38,438 bases of DNA from an uncultured Clostridia bacterium (GTDB taxonomy: Bacteria > Bacillota > Clostridia > Lachnospirales > Lachnospiraceae): NCBI GenBank assembly GCA_947304065.1, contig CAMZAI010000001.1:1-38438 (forward strand), written 5' to 3'. Of the stretch, positions 1 through 8,159 are shown piece after piece. A model generated the notes under the pieces. It was not told the origin of the DNA and made no database searches. It saw only the letters and a program-made list of their open reading frames with translations. The position numbers were made by a program, and so were the translations under genes. Positions within the stretch are counted from its first letter, which is position 1; the number at the start of each line of letters is the position of its first letter.

Positions 1-81
1 CGGTATCTAGTCACTTATTATTTTTCATTGTCCCCTTGACGGGTAGCACACCACCAATCTTTCCCGGGAGTCTTTTTTTGT

Positions 82-169
82 GCGATAAGCGAATGCCCTC
101 GGCAGCAAGCTCGCTTGCTGGACGAGGGCTGAGTGAACGGTCATTGAGCGGACTTCGTACGCGAGATCG
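82..169 (+). ncRNA. Unassigned structured RNA-like element, copy A (paralog of part of the metY leader)
   Basis: It follows a T-run (72-79). GCGATAAGCGA lies at 82-92. A 7+7 bp extended hairpin spans 95-129 (GCCCTCG/CGAGGGC enclosing CAGCAAG/CTTGCTG). CGAT..GCG (83-91) can pair with CGC..ATCG (160-169). Three collinear blocks match the minus-strand metY leader. No downstream + strand gene. Confidence 0.3.
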
Positions 170-205
170 TCGAGGAATACTACAGGAATCGTACGAGAAA
201 ACATC

Positions 206-222
206 AAATCAGGATTTAATAA
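206..222. repeat. 17-nt direct repeat AAATCAGGATTTAATAA, copy 1 (contains the palindrome AAATC-AG-GATTT)
   Basis: An identical 17-mer recurs at 428-444. Flanks are partly similar (..CAG.AAA). Confidence 0.7.
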
Positions 223-254
223 AACAGAAATCTTATCAAATTTTCGTCTACAGG

Positions 255-336
255 TGTGGATTATGTGGATAAATCTGTGGATATATGGGCTTCCACCGAG
301 GTAGAAGCCACATACCCGTACTACGGGTGTGGATAA
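255..336. promoter_or_regulatory. Cluster of four DnaA boxes
   Basis: On the + strand: TGTGGATTA 255-263, TGTGGATAA 264-272, TGTGGATAT 276-284, TGTGGATAA 328-336. These are reverse complements of TTATCCACA: two perfect matches and two with one mismatch, all in the same orientation within 82 bp. Confidence 0.6.
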
Positions 337-346
337 GATCCGGGAT

Positions 347-375
347 AAAAAAACGGCTGCCAAAGGTGACAGCCG
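347..375 (-). terminator. Rho-independent terminator (minus strand)
   Basis: Stem CGGCTG (354-359) / CAGCCG (370-375). The A7 run at 347-353 gives U7 on the minus strand. Confidence 0.6.
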
Positions 376-427
376 GGAAGTGGAAATTTGATCAAAAATG
401 GTCAGGAAAGGGATGAAAATTGCGATT

Positions 428-444
428 AAATCAGGATTTAATAA
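428..444. repeat. 17-nt direct repeat AAATCAGGATTTAATAA, copy 2
   Basis: Identical to 206-222. It lies just downstream of the DedA-family gene, next to its 3' hairpin. Confidence 0.7.
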
Positions 445-478
445 GCAGCAAAAGCATTGTATTTAGGGCTTTTGCTGC
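445..478 (-). terminator. Hairpin overlapping the stop codon of the DedA-family gene (possible terminator)
   Basis: 11-bp stem GCAGCAAAAGC (445-455) / GCTTTTGCTGC (468-478). On the minus strand it is followed by only a weak U-rich tract (TTATT). Confidence 0.4.
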
Positions 479-1197
479 TCGAGCGCTTTCTTTTCCTGTC
501 GGTTTTTGATGATGTGTCTGATTATCAGTCCGCCCGAAGTCAGTATTACGACCGAGGCTTCGATGCAGAACGAGATGATGAACTGCGGTGATTTCGGATC
601 GCGTATCTTGTCTCCCATCAAGGGAAACGTGACCGATGAAACGGAGAAGCCGAGTACAGACGCCACCAGATAGGCTCCGAACTTGCTGCCCGAAGCGCCC
701 ATGTAAAAGGCAAGCAGGTCGGACGGCATCGCGCCGGTGAGTCTGAAGAGCAGCGTCAGCAGAAAGTCGTTTTGCTTGCGTCTTTCATGAAGATGGGCAG
801 CTCTGGGATATTTCTCAAAAATGTAATTTACCATGTCGGACCCTAAAAAGCGTCCGATAAAGAACGGGATGGTGACCATTACGACCGTTCCGATCAGATT
901 GACCGGGATCGCTATGCGGAGCGGGAATATGATTCCGCTTGCCGCAAATATGATACCGAAATATATGAATACGCTCACGCTCTTTAAGGCAAAGAAGATC
1001 ATCATGACCAGCGCGGCCAGAAGAGTATGCTCCGGGGTGATCTTCACTATCCCGTCTACGGTGAATTTATCGCGGTTAATTAAACACAATATGATGATCG
1101 CGCACCAGATCACTGCCACGATAATACGTATGATCCGCAGCGTGCGCTTGGTTTTCGTTTCCAGTTTAAAATACCTCCCATACGCTATTCCAAACAT
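463..1197 (-). CDS. DedA / TVP38-TMEM64 (VTT-domain) family membrane protein
   Basis: 244-aa polytopic ORF. The overall pattern (FxGRFLG.., LLFRLTGxxPSDLLxxxxG) is typical of the SNARE-associated/DedA family. No strong RBS at the ATG. Confidence 0.8.
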   Translation of the reverse strand: MFGIAYGRYFKLETKTKRTLRIIRIIVAVIWCAIIILCLINRDKFTVDGIVKITPEHTLLAALVMMIFFALKSVSVFIYFGIIFAASGIIFPLRIAIPVNLIGTVVMVTIPFFIGRFLGSDMVNYIFEKYPRAAHLHERRKQNDFLLTLLFRLTGAMPSDLLAFYMGASGSKFGAYLVASVLGFSVSSVTFPLMGDKIRDPKSPQFIISFCIEASVVILTSGGLIIRHIIKNRQEKKALEQQKP

Positions 1198-1261
1198 TAA
1201 TTATAGCATATGGGAGGTTAGTAAGCAATTAAACTGTTATTTTATAAGAGATATATGAAGA

Positions 1262-2374
1262 TCAGATCTCGGCACGCTGCATGGCTTCCTCGTAATCCCC
1301 GGTTCCCTTGAATACTTCGTTGGAGTATGGATTCTTGCCGAGCTTGACCGCATTGCGGATGATCACGGAGATGCACAGCACATTGGCCGCGAGAGCGAGC
1401 ATTGCAACAAAGCCCTGCATTCTCGGATCTGCGGTAATGCCCATGGACTGAATGATCTGACCGGCCTTGACAGTCTTGCCGTCGCCCGCATTGTAAAGTG
1501 CGATAGCTTTTTCGTAAAGATCCATGGTCGTTACACCGGCAGCTGTTGCTCCGCCGTAAACCGAAGGAAGAACCGCGGCAAAGATGCCCTTAAGCTGGAA
1601 GAGCGGAACGACCTGAGCCCACATGCACCAGATGGCGAGGGTATTCGCACGGTTCTGTATCCATGCGCCCTTGTTCCAGAGGGCGTTCGCGAAGGTAGGC
1701 GCAAGAAGCAGCGCTACGCCGCAGTACCATGTATGTGTGGGAAGGTTGAGGTATGTGTATTCAAAGTTCCAGATATCGTAGGCGATGATGAACCAGATGG
1801 TCATATCGGGCCAGAGCATATCCGATTTGTTCTTGTCTTTGGAAGTATAAAGGTGAACGCAGCCGGTCATGCAGAAGATGTTGATCATACCTGCAAGAGC
1901 GTTGACAACGTTCCACCAGCCTCCGTAAAGGAAAACGCCTTCGTTTGAAGCCCACCATGCACCTGCGAGGTCACCGCTGATCTTATATGCAGCAAGAGCG
2001 GATTCCATATCGGATACATTGGCGATCATGATGTTGGCCGCGACAATGGCCCACGGGAACCATGCGAACCACTTTTCCTTGCCGATGCCCCACTTGTATT
2101 TGATCATCATAAAGCCTACGCAGCCGATGTCCGCAGCGTAAAGCTTGAAGTAGTGGAACCATCCGTCCATGTAGGCAACCGTGGGGTTATCGTGACCACC
2201 GAACAGGCCGGCATGAGCCAGGATGAAATAGACGGTAAGGATACTGGGGATCACAACGAAAATGATCAGTCCGCCGAGCTTTGTACGGCGCCCGAGTTCG
2301 TTCATTACGATGAGTCCGGCAAATACGAGGAACCATCCGAGTATCTGCCACAGATTGGTGATCTGGAATATCAT
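1262..2374 (-). CDS. Trp-rich polytopic membrane protein of unknown function
   Basis: 370-aa ORF with GGAGG 6 nt upstream of the ATG. Many hydrophobic segments and 19 Trp. I could not assign a family motif with confidence. Confidence 0.8.
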   Translation of the reverse strand: MIFQITNLWQILGWFLVFAGLIVMNELGRRTKLGGLIIFVVIPSILTVYFILAHAGLFGGHDNPTVAYMDGWFHYFKLYAADIGCVGFMMIKYKWGIGKEKWFAWFPWAIVAANIMIANVSDMESALAAYKISGDLAGAWWASNEGVFLYGGWWNVVNALAGMINIFCMTGCVHLYTSKDKNKSDMLWPDMTIWFIIAYDIWNFEYTYLNLPTHTWYCGVALLLAPTFANALWNKGAWIQNRANTLAIWCMWAQVVPLFQLKGIFAAVLPSVYGGATAAGVTTMDLYEKAIALYNAGDGKTVKAGQIIQSMGITADPRMQGFVAMLALAANVLCISVIIRNAVKLGKNPYSNEVFKGTGDYEEAMQRAEI

Positions 2375-2492
2375 AAAACGCCTCCTTTATTAAATTGTAG
2401 GCAAAGAAACTCTTTCCTTGCCTTTCGGTTTCTATTATAATGTGCGGGTGCCCGAAAGACAATAAAAAGTTTATAGATTTTTTATAATTTGA

Positions 2493-2521
2493 TTGCCCGG
2501 CAAAGGCATAGAATGTATAAT
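2493..2521 (+). promoter_or_regulatory. Putative sigma-A promoter of the histidine phosphatase gene
   Basis: TTGCCC (2493-2498), 17 nt, TATAAT (2516-2521). Confidence 0.4.
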
Positions 2522-2553
2522 GAAGCGCATGGGAAAAGATCGGAGGATCAGCG

Positions 2554-3093
2554 ATGGGAAAGCTCTATTTTGTAAGGCACGGAGAATCTGAATGGAACGT
2601 TCAGAAGAAAATATGCGGACAGACGGATGTACCGCTCACGGACAAGGGCCGCGAGCAGGCGCGCATGTCCGGCGCAAAGATAATCGAAAGAGGTATAAAG
2701 GCAGATGAGATCTGGTGCTCGCCGCTTCAGCGCGCAAGGGAGACCGCGGAGATCATCGCGGGTATCACAGGACTTCCGGTCCGTGTGGAGCCGAGGCTTA
2801 TCGAGCAGAACTTCGGGAGCTACGAGGGAAAGCGCTTTGATACTCAGGATTTCTTTGAGTCGAAGCAGCGTTTTGCGGACGATTACGGCGGAGGAGAGTC
2901 CATGCTCCGCGTGGCGCAGAGGATATACAATGTGATCGACGATGTGAAGGCTTCGGGAAAGACGATCATACTTGCCGCGCACAACGGTATCGTAAGATCC
3001 GTACAGTCGTATTTCTACAGCGAGACCAATGAGGAATACGCCGGTTTCGGTATCCCGAACTGTGAAGTTGTCGAGTATTCATGGGAAGATTGA
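2554..3093 (+). CDS. Histidine phosphatase family protein (phosphoglycerate mutase-like, GpmB/CobC type)
   Basis: N-terminal RHGESEWN catalytic motif, SPLxRAxxTA, and a late AHNG histidine. RBS GGAGGA. Confidence 0.9.
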   Translation: MGKLYFVRHGESEWNVQKKICGQTDVPLTDKGREQARMSGAKIIERGIKADEIWCSPLQRARETAEIIAGITGLPVRVEPRLIEQNFGSYEGKRFDTQDFFESKQRFADDYGGGESMLRVAQRIYNVIDDVKASGKTIILAAHNGIVRSVQSYFYSETNEEYAGFGIPNCEVVEYSWED

Positions 3094-3110
3094 GGCGCGT
3101 CGATTTATAC

Positions 3111-3138
3111 TTGATTTTTAAAAACATTATGATATAAT
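3111..3138 (+). promoter_or_regulatory. Putative promoter of tRNA-Ala
   Basis: TTGATT (3111-3116), 16 nt, TATAAT (3133-3138), 13 nt upstream of the tRNA 5' end. Confidence 0.45.
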
Positions 3139-3151
3139 CAGACACGTTGAC

Positions 3152-3224
3152 GGGCTTTTAGCTCAGCTGGGAGAGCGCCAGGTTCGCAATCTGGAGGTCA
3201 GGGGTTCGATCCCCCTAAGGTCCA
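3152..3224 (+). tRNA. tRNA-Ala (anticodon CGC)
   Basis: Hand-folded cloverleaf: acceptor GGGCTTT/AAGGTCC with the G3:U70 alanine identity pair. D arm GCTC/GAGC, anticodon stem CCAGG/TCTGG with loop TTCGCAA, T arm AGGGG-TTCGATC-CCCCT. CCA is not encoded. Confidence 0.93.
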
Positions 3225-3237
3225 CGCATAATTAAAA

Positions 3238-3262
3238 GAGACGGAATGTTCCGTCTCTTTTT
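3238..3262 (+). terminator. Rho-independent terminator after tRNA-Ala
   Basis: Stem GAGACGGAA / TTCCGTCTC followed by TTTTT. Confidence 0.7.
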
Positions 3263-3323
3263 GTTTACTTGTATTGGAATACAGAATTGGGGTATAATTC
3301 CAGTAATGAGGAGGTTTTACGTT

Positions 3324-4793
3324 ATGGGGGATAATTACGCGTATATCGCGAAGACGAGCGGCCTGAAGGGAAAAGACTATGTGGGGTACGCCCTGGTGGA
3401 TGCGGCGGGATGCCTGGTGTTCAGCCTGGTTACGTCCATTCTGCAGAAGTATTACACGGATGTTTTTAACTTAAGTCCGCTGTTTATCATGTTTATGTTC
3501 ATCGGAGCCAGAGTCTGGGACGCGGTCAACGATCCTATCATGGGAAGGATCTGCGACACTGTCAGGGCCGGGAGATACGGCCGTTACAGACAGTGGTTCC
3601 TGTATATCGCATTTCCGCTGGCGATATCGACGATGCTGATGTTCGTCAAGTGGCCGGGACTGGGCGGAGATGTGAATTATACCGCGACCTGCGTTTATGC
3701 GACGGTCACTTATATCCTGTTCGGCATGCTCTACACCGTGCTTCAGATCCCTTACGGATCGCTGGCGTCGGTGGTTACGACGGATGTACATGAGAGGAGC
3801 AAGCTCTCGGTATTCCGCTCGATAGGCGCCGCGGTGGGCAGTATTCCGGTATTTGTTCTGATCTCCTTTGCCTACGCCAAGAGGACAGACGCCGCAGGCA
3901 ATTATGTTTACGGCGAGAACGGGCAGATCATTACCGACATGCAGTACAAGCCCGTGATCATCGGAGTCGTCGTAATGGCGATATGCTCGGCGCTCCTGCT
4001 CCTGCTTGCGTTTACGATGAACAAAGAGCGCGTTGTGACAAAGCCGAAGAAGGCCGTGAAAGGCGCTGCGAAGGCTGCTGTCAAAGCATTGTTCACGAAC
4101 AGGGCGTTCATCGCGATCAGCCTTGCCGCAATGCTCCTGCTCGCAGGTCAGATGTTCACACAGAGCTTTTATCTGTATCTGTTCAACGATTATTTCAATG
4201 CGAACTGGATGAATCTGGCTTCGCAGGCATGCACATATTCGCCGATGATCGTGCTGATGTTCTTCATGCCGAAGCTCGCCAGGACGATCGGCAAAAAAGA
4301 GGTCTGCGCGGTGGGTACCGCGATAGCGGCCGCTGCCAATCTCGTGCTGTTCTTCTTAAGAGGCATGGCTCCCGCGGATCTGATGTGGATATTCCTGGCG
4401 CTCTGCCTGGTGAGCGGCTGCGGTCTTACGACCCTTGTGCTGCAGCTCTGGGCCATGGCGACCGACGTTATCGATGATATCGAGGTCAGGACCGGAAGCA
4501 AAGACGTGGGAACAGCATACTCGGTATTCAATTTCTTCCGCAAGCTCGGTCAGGTTGTCGCTGCGATCTGCGTCAACGGCGCGCTGCTCGGAATGAATTA
4601 CAAATATGAAAAGGGAGCGGTACAGACTCTGGACAATCTGAAGAAGATGTACGACCTCGCGACACTGATCCCCGCGGTCATGTTCGCACTGATGTCGCTC
4701 ATACTGTTTGTATTCTATCCGCTCTCAAGAGATAAGGTCGCAGAGCTTCAAAACGGCAAAGAAGAACTGCTCAAAAAAGAGCTTGAACATTGA
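3324..4793 (+). CDS. Glycoside-pentoside-hexuronide (GPH):cation symporter family sugar transporter
   Basis: GPH signature GARVWDAVNDPIMG near the N-terminus and about 12 hydrophobic segments. I chose the ATG at 3324 (GAGGAGG 9 nt upstream) over the ORF-track start 3246, which lies inside the tRNA terminator. Confidence 0.9.
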   Translation: MGDNYAYIAKTSGLKGKDYVGYALVDAAGCLVFSLVTSILQKYYTDVFNLSPLFIMFMFIGARVWDAVNDPIMGRICDTVRAGRYGRYRQWFLYIAFPLAISTMLMFVKWPGLGGDVNYTATCVYATVTYILFGMLYTVLQIPYGSLASVVTTDVHERSKLSVFRSIGAAVGSIPVFVLISFAYAKRTDAAGNYVYGENGQIITDMQYKPVIIGVVVMAICSALLLLLAFTMNKERVVTKPKKAVKGAAKAAVKALFTNRAFIAISLAAMLLLAGQMFTQSFYLYLFNDYFNANWMNLASQACTYSPMIVLMFFMPKLARTIGKKEVCAVGTAIAAAANLVLFFLRGMAPADLMWIFLALCLVSGCGLTTLVLQLWAMATDVIDDIEVRTGSKDVGTAYSVFNFFRKLGQVVAAICVNGALLGMNYKYEKGAVQTLDNLKKMYDLATLIPAVMFALMSLILFVFYPLSRDKVAELQNGKEELLKKELEH

Positions 4794-4856
4794 TCAAAAG
4801 TCTGCAAAGCCGCATAGACAGGGCGTTTTCGGCACAGCAGAGGAAAGGGGCAAAAT

Positions 4857-6068
4857 ATGCTGTACAGGAAGGACAAAAAAGGCAATCTTATATCGCAGCT
4901 GGGCTACGGCTGCATGAGATTTACGAAAAACGGCGGCAAGATAGATTATGAAAAGGCCGAAAAGGAGATACTGCGCGGCATAGAGCTCGGTATCAACTAT
5001 TTCGATACCGCTTACATTTACCCCGGCAGTGAGGAATGTCTGGGCCGGATACTGGCCGAGAACAACTGCCGCGACAAGGTCTGTATCGCGACAAAACTGC
5101 CCCAGTATATCATGAGGTCGGCAAAGGCGATCGACAAAACCTTTGCGGAGGAGCTGGCGAGGCTCAGAACAGACTACATCGATTATTATCTGATGCACAT
5201 GTTCACCGACTATATGGAGTGGGAGAACCTGAAAAAGCTGGGCATCGAGGAGTGGATCGACGCGCGTAAGGCAGACGGGAGCGTTCGCAATATCGGTTTC
5301 TCGTTCCACGGCGATACCGATACGTTCTTAAAGCTGCTGAATGCCTATGACTGGGATTTCTGCCAGATACAGTACAACTATTTCGATGAGTTCAGCCAGG
5401 CGGGACGCGCGGGGCTTGAGGCGGCGCAGAAAAAGGGCGTGCCCGTGATTATCATGGAGCCTCTGCGCGGCGGAAAACTCGCCACACTGCCCGATAAGGC
5501 GATGGAAGAACTGAAAGCTTCGGGAACAGGTTTTACGCCCGCCGAGCTCGGATTCAGGTGGTTATGGGACCAGGAGGGCGTTACCTGCGTGCTCTCGGGT
5601 ATGAATTCGATCGAAATGCTCGAGGAAAATGTAAGAGTCGCTTCCGATGCCGCGGCAGGCAGTTTTACGGATAAGGAATACGGCCTAACCGACCGTATCA
5701 GGAACATCATCAAGGAGCGCGAAAAGGTCGGCTGCACAGGCTGCAGATACTGCATGCCCTGTCCTAAGGGAGTTGATATCCCGGGCAATTTCCACTACTA
5801 TAATCTCATGTATCTGGAGAAAAAGGGACGCGCGCGGTTCGAGTTTTTCCGGAATGTCGGCATGCGAAAGGATCCCGCGTTCGCGTCGCAGTGCGTAGGC
5901 TGCGGTAAATGCGAGTCGCACTGTCCCCAGCATCTGCCCATCAGGGAGAAGCTCAAAGAGGCCGATAAGGCGCTCAGACCCTTACCTTACAGGGTGGGAC
6001 TCTCGGCGGCGAGAGCGATCCTCGGCAGGAGATCCCGGAAGGACAAGGGAGAAAACGGCAAGGCATAA
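4857..6068 (+). CDS. Aldo/keto reductase with a C-terminal 4Fe-4S ferredoxin-type domain
   Basis: AKR-like N-terminus (LGYGCMRF, INYFDTAYIY). C-terminal CTGCRYCMPCP and CVGCGKCESHCP cysteine clusters. Confidence 0.9.
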   Translation: MLYRKDKKGNLISQLGYGCMRFTKNGGKIDYEKAEKEILRGIELGINYFDTAYIYPGSEECLGRILAENNCRDKVCIATKLPQYIMRSAKAIDKTFAEELARLRTDYIDYYLMHMFTDYMEWENLKKLGIEEWIDARKADGSVRNIGFSFHGDTDTFLKLLNAYDWDFCQIQYNYFDEFSQAGRAGLEAAQKKGVPVIIMEPLRGGKLATLPDKAMEELKASGTGFTPAELGFRWLWDQEGVTCVLSGMNSIEMLEENVRVASDAAAGSFTDKEYGLTDRIRNIIKEREKVGCTGCRYCMPCPKGVDIPGNFHYYNLMYLEKKGRARFEFFRNVGMRKDPAFASQCVGCGKCESHCPQHLPIREKLKEADKALRPLPYRVGLSAARAILGRRSRKDKGENGKA

Positions 6069-6179
6069 CCTTTGAAAGTTATTGGAAGCAATAAGCCATA
6101 CCCCTGAATCGCAGGGGCTAAAATAATGAGAACGAGCGGACGGATAGGCGTATCTGTTCGTACGCGGAAGGAGCGGAAA

Positions 6180-7028
6180 GTGAAAAAAGGTCTGATAATG
6201 GAAGGCGGCGCGATGCGCGGGGTATTTACCTGCGGGGTCATCGATGTCTTTATGGAAAACGGGATCGAATTCGACGGTGCCGCCGGTATCAGCGCGGGTG
6301 CCGCATTCGGCTGCAATTACAAATCGAAGCAGATAGGGCGCGGCATACGCTATAATAAAAAATACTGCAAGGACCCGAGATACTGCAGCGTTCGGTCGCT
6401 GCTCACCACGGGAAACCTGTACGGCGCGGAGTTCTGCTATAAGACACTGCCCGAGGAGCTCGACGTGTTCGATACCGAGACTTTTAAGGCTAACCCGATG
6501 GAGTTTTACGTGGGCGCGGTGGACGTAAATACCGGCGAGATGCGCTACCACAAGTGCGTGGACGGCGGCAAGCGCGATCTGCGATGGATCAGGGCGTCTG
6601 CGTCGATGCCGATGGTGTCCAAGCCCGTGCGTGTTGAAGGGCATAAGCTCTTGGACGGCGGCATCATTGATTCGGTGCCTTACAAATACATGGAGGATCT
6701 CGGCTATGACCGCAATGTGATCATCCTCACACAGCCGGCCGGCTATGTAAAGAAAAAGAGCGCGGCGCTGCCCTTAGCGCACCTGATGCTCCGCAAATAC
6801 CCCGTGATGCGCGATGTGATGGACGTACGCCATATCCGCTACAACCAGCAGATACGCGAGATCAATGACCGCGAAAAAGCAGGCATCTCACTCGTTATCC
6901 GTCCTCCTTACGACCTCGGCATCAGCCGTACCGAAAGCAACCCGGACGAGCTCGAGCGCGTATATCAGATCGGGCGGCGCGTTGCCACCGAGCGACTGGA
7001 GGAAGTTAAGAAATTCTTAGATATTTAA
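6180..7028 (+). CDS. Patatin-like phospholipase family protein
   Basis: Oxyanion motif EGGAMRG, nucleophile elbow GISAG, catalytic LDGG. The GTG at 6180 has GGAAGGAG 5-6 nt upstream. The in-frame ATG at 6126 is the alternative start. Confidence 0.87.
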   Translation: MKKGLIMEGGAMRGVFTCGVIDVFMENGIEFDGAAGISAGAAFGCNYKSKQIGRGIRYNKKYCKDPRYCSVRSLLTTGNLYGAEFCYKTLPEELDVFDTETFKANPMEFYVGAVDVNTGEMRYHKCVDGGKRDLRWIRASASMPMVSKPVRVEGHKLLDGGIIDSVPYKYMEDLGYDRNVIILTQPAGYVKKKSAALPLAHLMLRKYPVMRDVMDVRHIRYNQQIREINDREKAGISLVIRPPYDLGISRTESNPDELERVYQIGRRVATERLEEVKKFLDI

Positions 7029-7094
7029 ACACTTGAACGCCGCTCAAAAACACCGTTCAAACCCTCTGACCGGCGAAAACAGTGCAAGAAGTGC

Positions 7095-7128
7095 AAAAAA
7101 GCAGTGCGGGCGAACAGCCCGCACTTTT
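7095..7128. terminator. Bidirectional rho-independent terminator between convergent patatin and cysK genes
   Basis: Stem GTGCGGGC (7104-7111) / GCCCGCAC (7117-7124), flanked by A6 and T4. Confidence 0.7.
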
Positions 7129-7178
7129 GTTATCAGGTGGAGTATTTTATGATTGGAGAAAAACTAACTAAGCGGAGA

Positions 7179-8114
7179 TCAGGCCTCTGTGAAGAGCGCG
7201 GTTGAATAGTAACGGTCTCCGCTGTCAGGCAGCAGCGCTACGATAACCTTGCCCTTGTTCTCGGGGCGCTTTGCGAGTGTGATCGCGCCGAACAGAGCAG
7301 CGCCCGAGGAAATACCTACCGAGATGCCCTCCTTCTTTGCGAGGAGCTTAGCGGTTTCGAACGCGTCCTGATTTGAAGCCCTGAATACTTCGTCGTAAAC
7401 CTTGGTATTGAGTACGTCGGGAACGAAACCTGCGCCGATACCCTGGATCTTGTGGGCGCCGCTGCGGCCCTCGGAGAGAACGGGTGAATCATCGGGCTCC
7501 AATGCCACAACCTTTACATTGGGGTTCTGGGACTTGAGATATTCGCCGGTGCCTGTCACCGTTCCGCCGGTACCTACGCCTGCGATGAAAATATCTACCT
7601 TGCCGTCGGTGTCCTTCCAGATCTCGGGACCCGTGGTGGCTCTGTGAATCGCGGGATTGGCGGGGTTAACGAACTGGCCGGGGATAAAGCTGTTCGGGAT
7701 CTCCTTCGCGAGTTCCTCTGCCTTTGCGATGGCGCCCTTCATGCCCTTTGCGCCCTCGGTAAGTACGAGCTCTGCGCCGTATGCCTTAAGAATGTTTCTT
7801 CTTTCAACGCTCATGGTCTCGGGCATGGTCAGGATGATCCTGTAGCCCTTGGCTGCCGCGATCGAAGCGAGTCCGATGCCCGTATTGCCGGATGTGGGCT
7901 CAATGATGACGGAGCCTTCCTTGAGCAGGCCCTTCTGCTCGGCATCCTCGATCATGGCCTTTGCGATACGGTCCTTAACGCTTCCCGCGGGATTAAAATA
8001 CTCGAGCTTTACGAGCACGGTGGCTTCGAGCCCCAGCGCCTTCTCGATGTTTGTTACCTCAACCAGAGGGGTGTTTCCGATAAGTCCCAGTGTTCCTTTG
8101 TAAATGTTTGACAT
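7179..8114 (-). CDS. cysK: Cysteine synthase A (O-acetylserine sulfhydrylase)
   Basis: Hallmarks [17 protein letters not shown] (PLP lysine) and [10 protein letters not shown]. 311 aa. Confidence 0.95.
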   Translation of the reverse strand: MSNIYKGTLGLIGNTPLVEVTNIEKALGLEATVLVKLEYFNPAGSVKDRIAKAMIEDAEQKGLLKEGSVIIEPTSGNTGIGLASIAAAKGYRIILTMPETMSVERRNILKAYGAELVLTEGAKGMKGAIAKAEELAKEIPNSFIPGQFVNPANPAIHRATTGPEIWKDTDGKVDIFIAGVGTGGTVTGTGEYLKSQNPNVKVVALEPDDSPVLSEGRSGAHKIQGIGAGFVPDVLNTKVYDEVFRASNQDAFETAKLLAKKEGISVGISSGAALFGAITLAKRPENKGKVIVALLPDSGDRYYSTALFTEA

Positions 8115-8159
8115 AGATATTTTCCTCCCATATATTTTTGAATCTATTGTATCACTAAC

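Noticed and set aside
255-336. Interpreting the DnaA-box cluster as the chromosomal origin oriC
   Set aside because: No dnaA, dnaN or rpmH is in the window. I saw no clear DnaA-trio array or long AT-rich unwinding element next to the boxes. Non-origin DnaA-box clusters are known in Firmicutes. It cannot be excluded without the flanking sequence.
25-363. ORF-track entries 25..363 (-) and 36..272 (+) in the leftmost region
   Set aside because: Both use TTG starts without an RBS. They run straight through DnaA boxes, hairpins and a terminator. Their translations are low-complexity with no recognisable motif, so I treat the region as non-coding.
3152-3224. tRNA-Ala as an integration site for a genomic island
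   Set aside because: I found no integrase gene nearby. I also spotted no direct repeat of the tRNA 3' end downstream by eye. The neighbouring genes look like ordinary metabolic genes. A computational repeat search would be needed to be sure.
3246-3323. Upstream extensions of ORF-track entries (3246, 9521, 12675, 14180, 17004, 26433, 29865, 30757, 32996, 33951, 38257)
   Set aside because: In each case an internal ATG (or GTG/TTG) is preceded by a Shine-Dalgarno sequence at proper spacing. That start also matches the usual family N-terminus. The extensions overlap terminators, operators or upstream genes.
6180-7028. The patatin-like phospholipase as a CBASS (CapV-like) or other defence effector
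   Set aside because: No cyclic-oligonucleotide synthase, E1/E2/JAB or other defence partner is adjacent. The gene is flanked by an aldo/keto reductase and a convergent cysK behind a terminator. It looks like a stand-alone housekeeping lipase.
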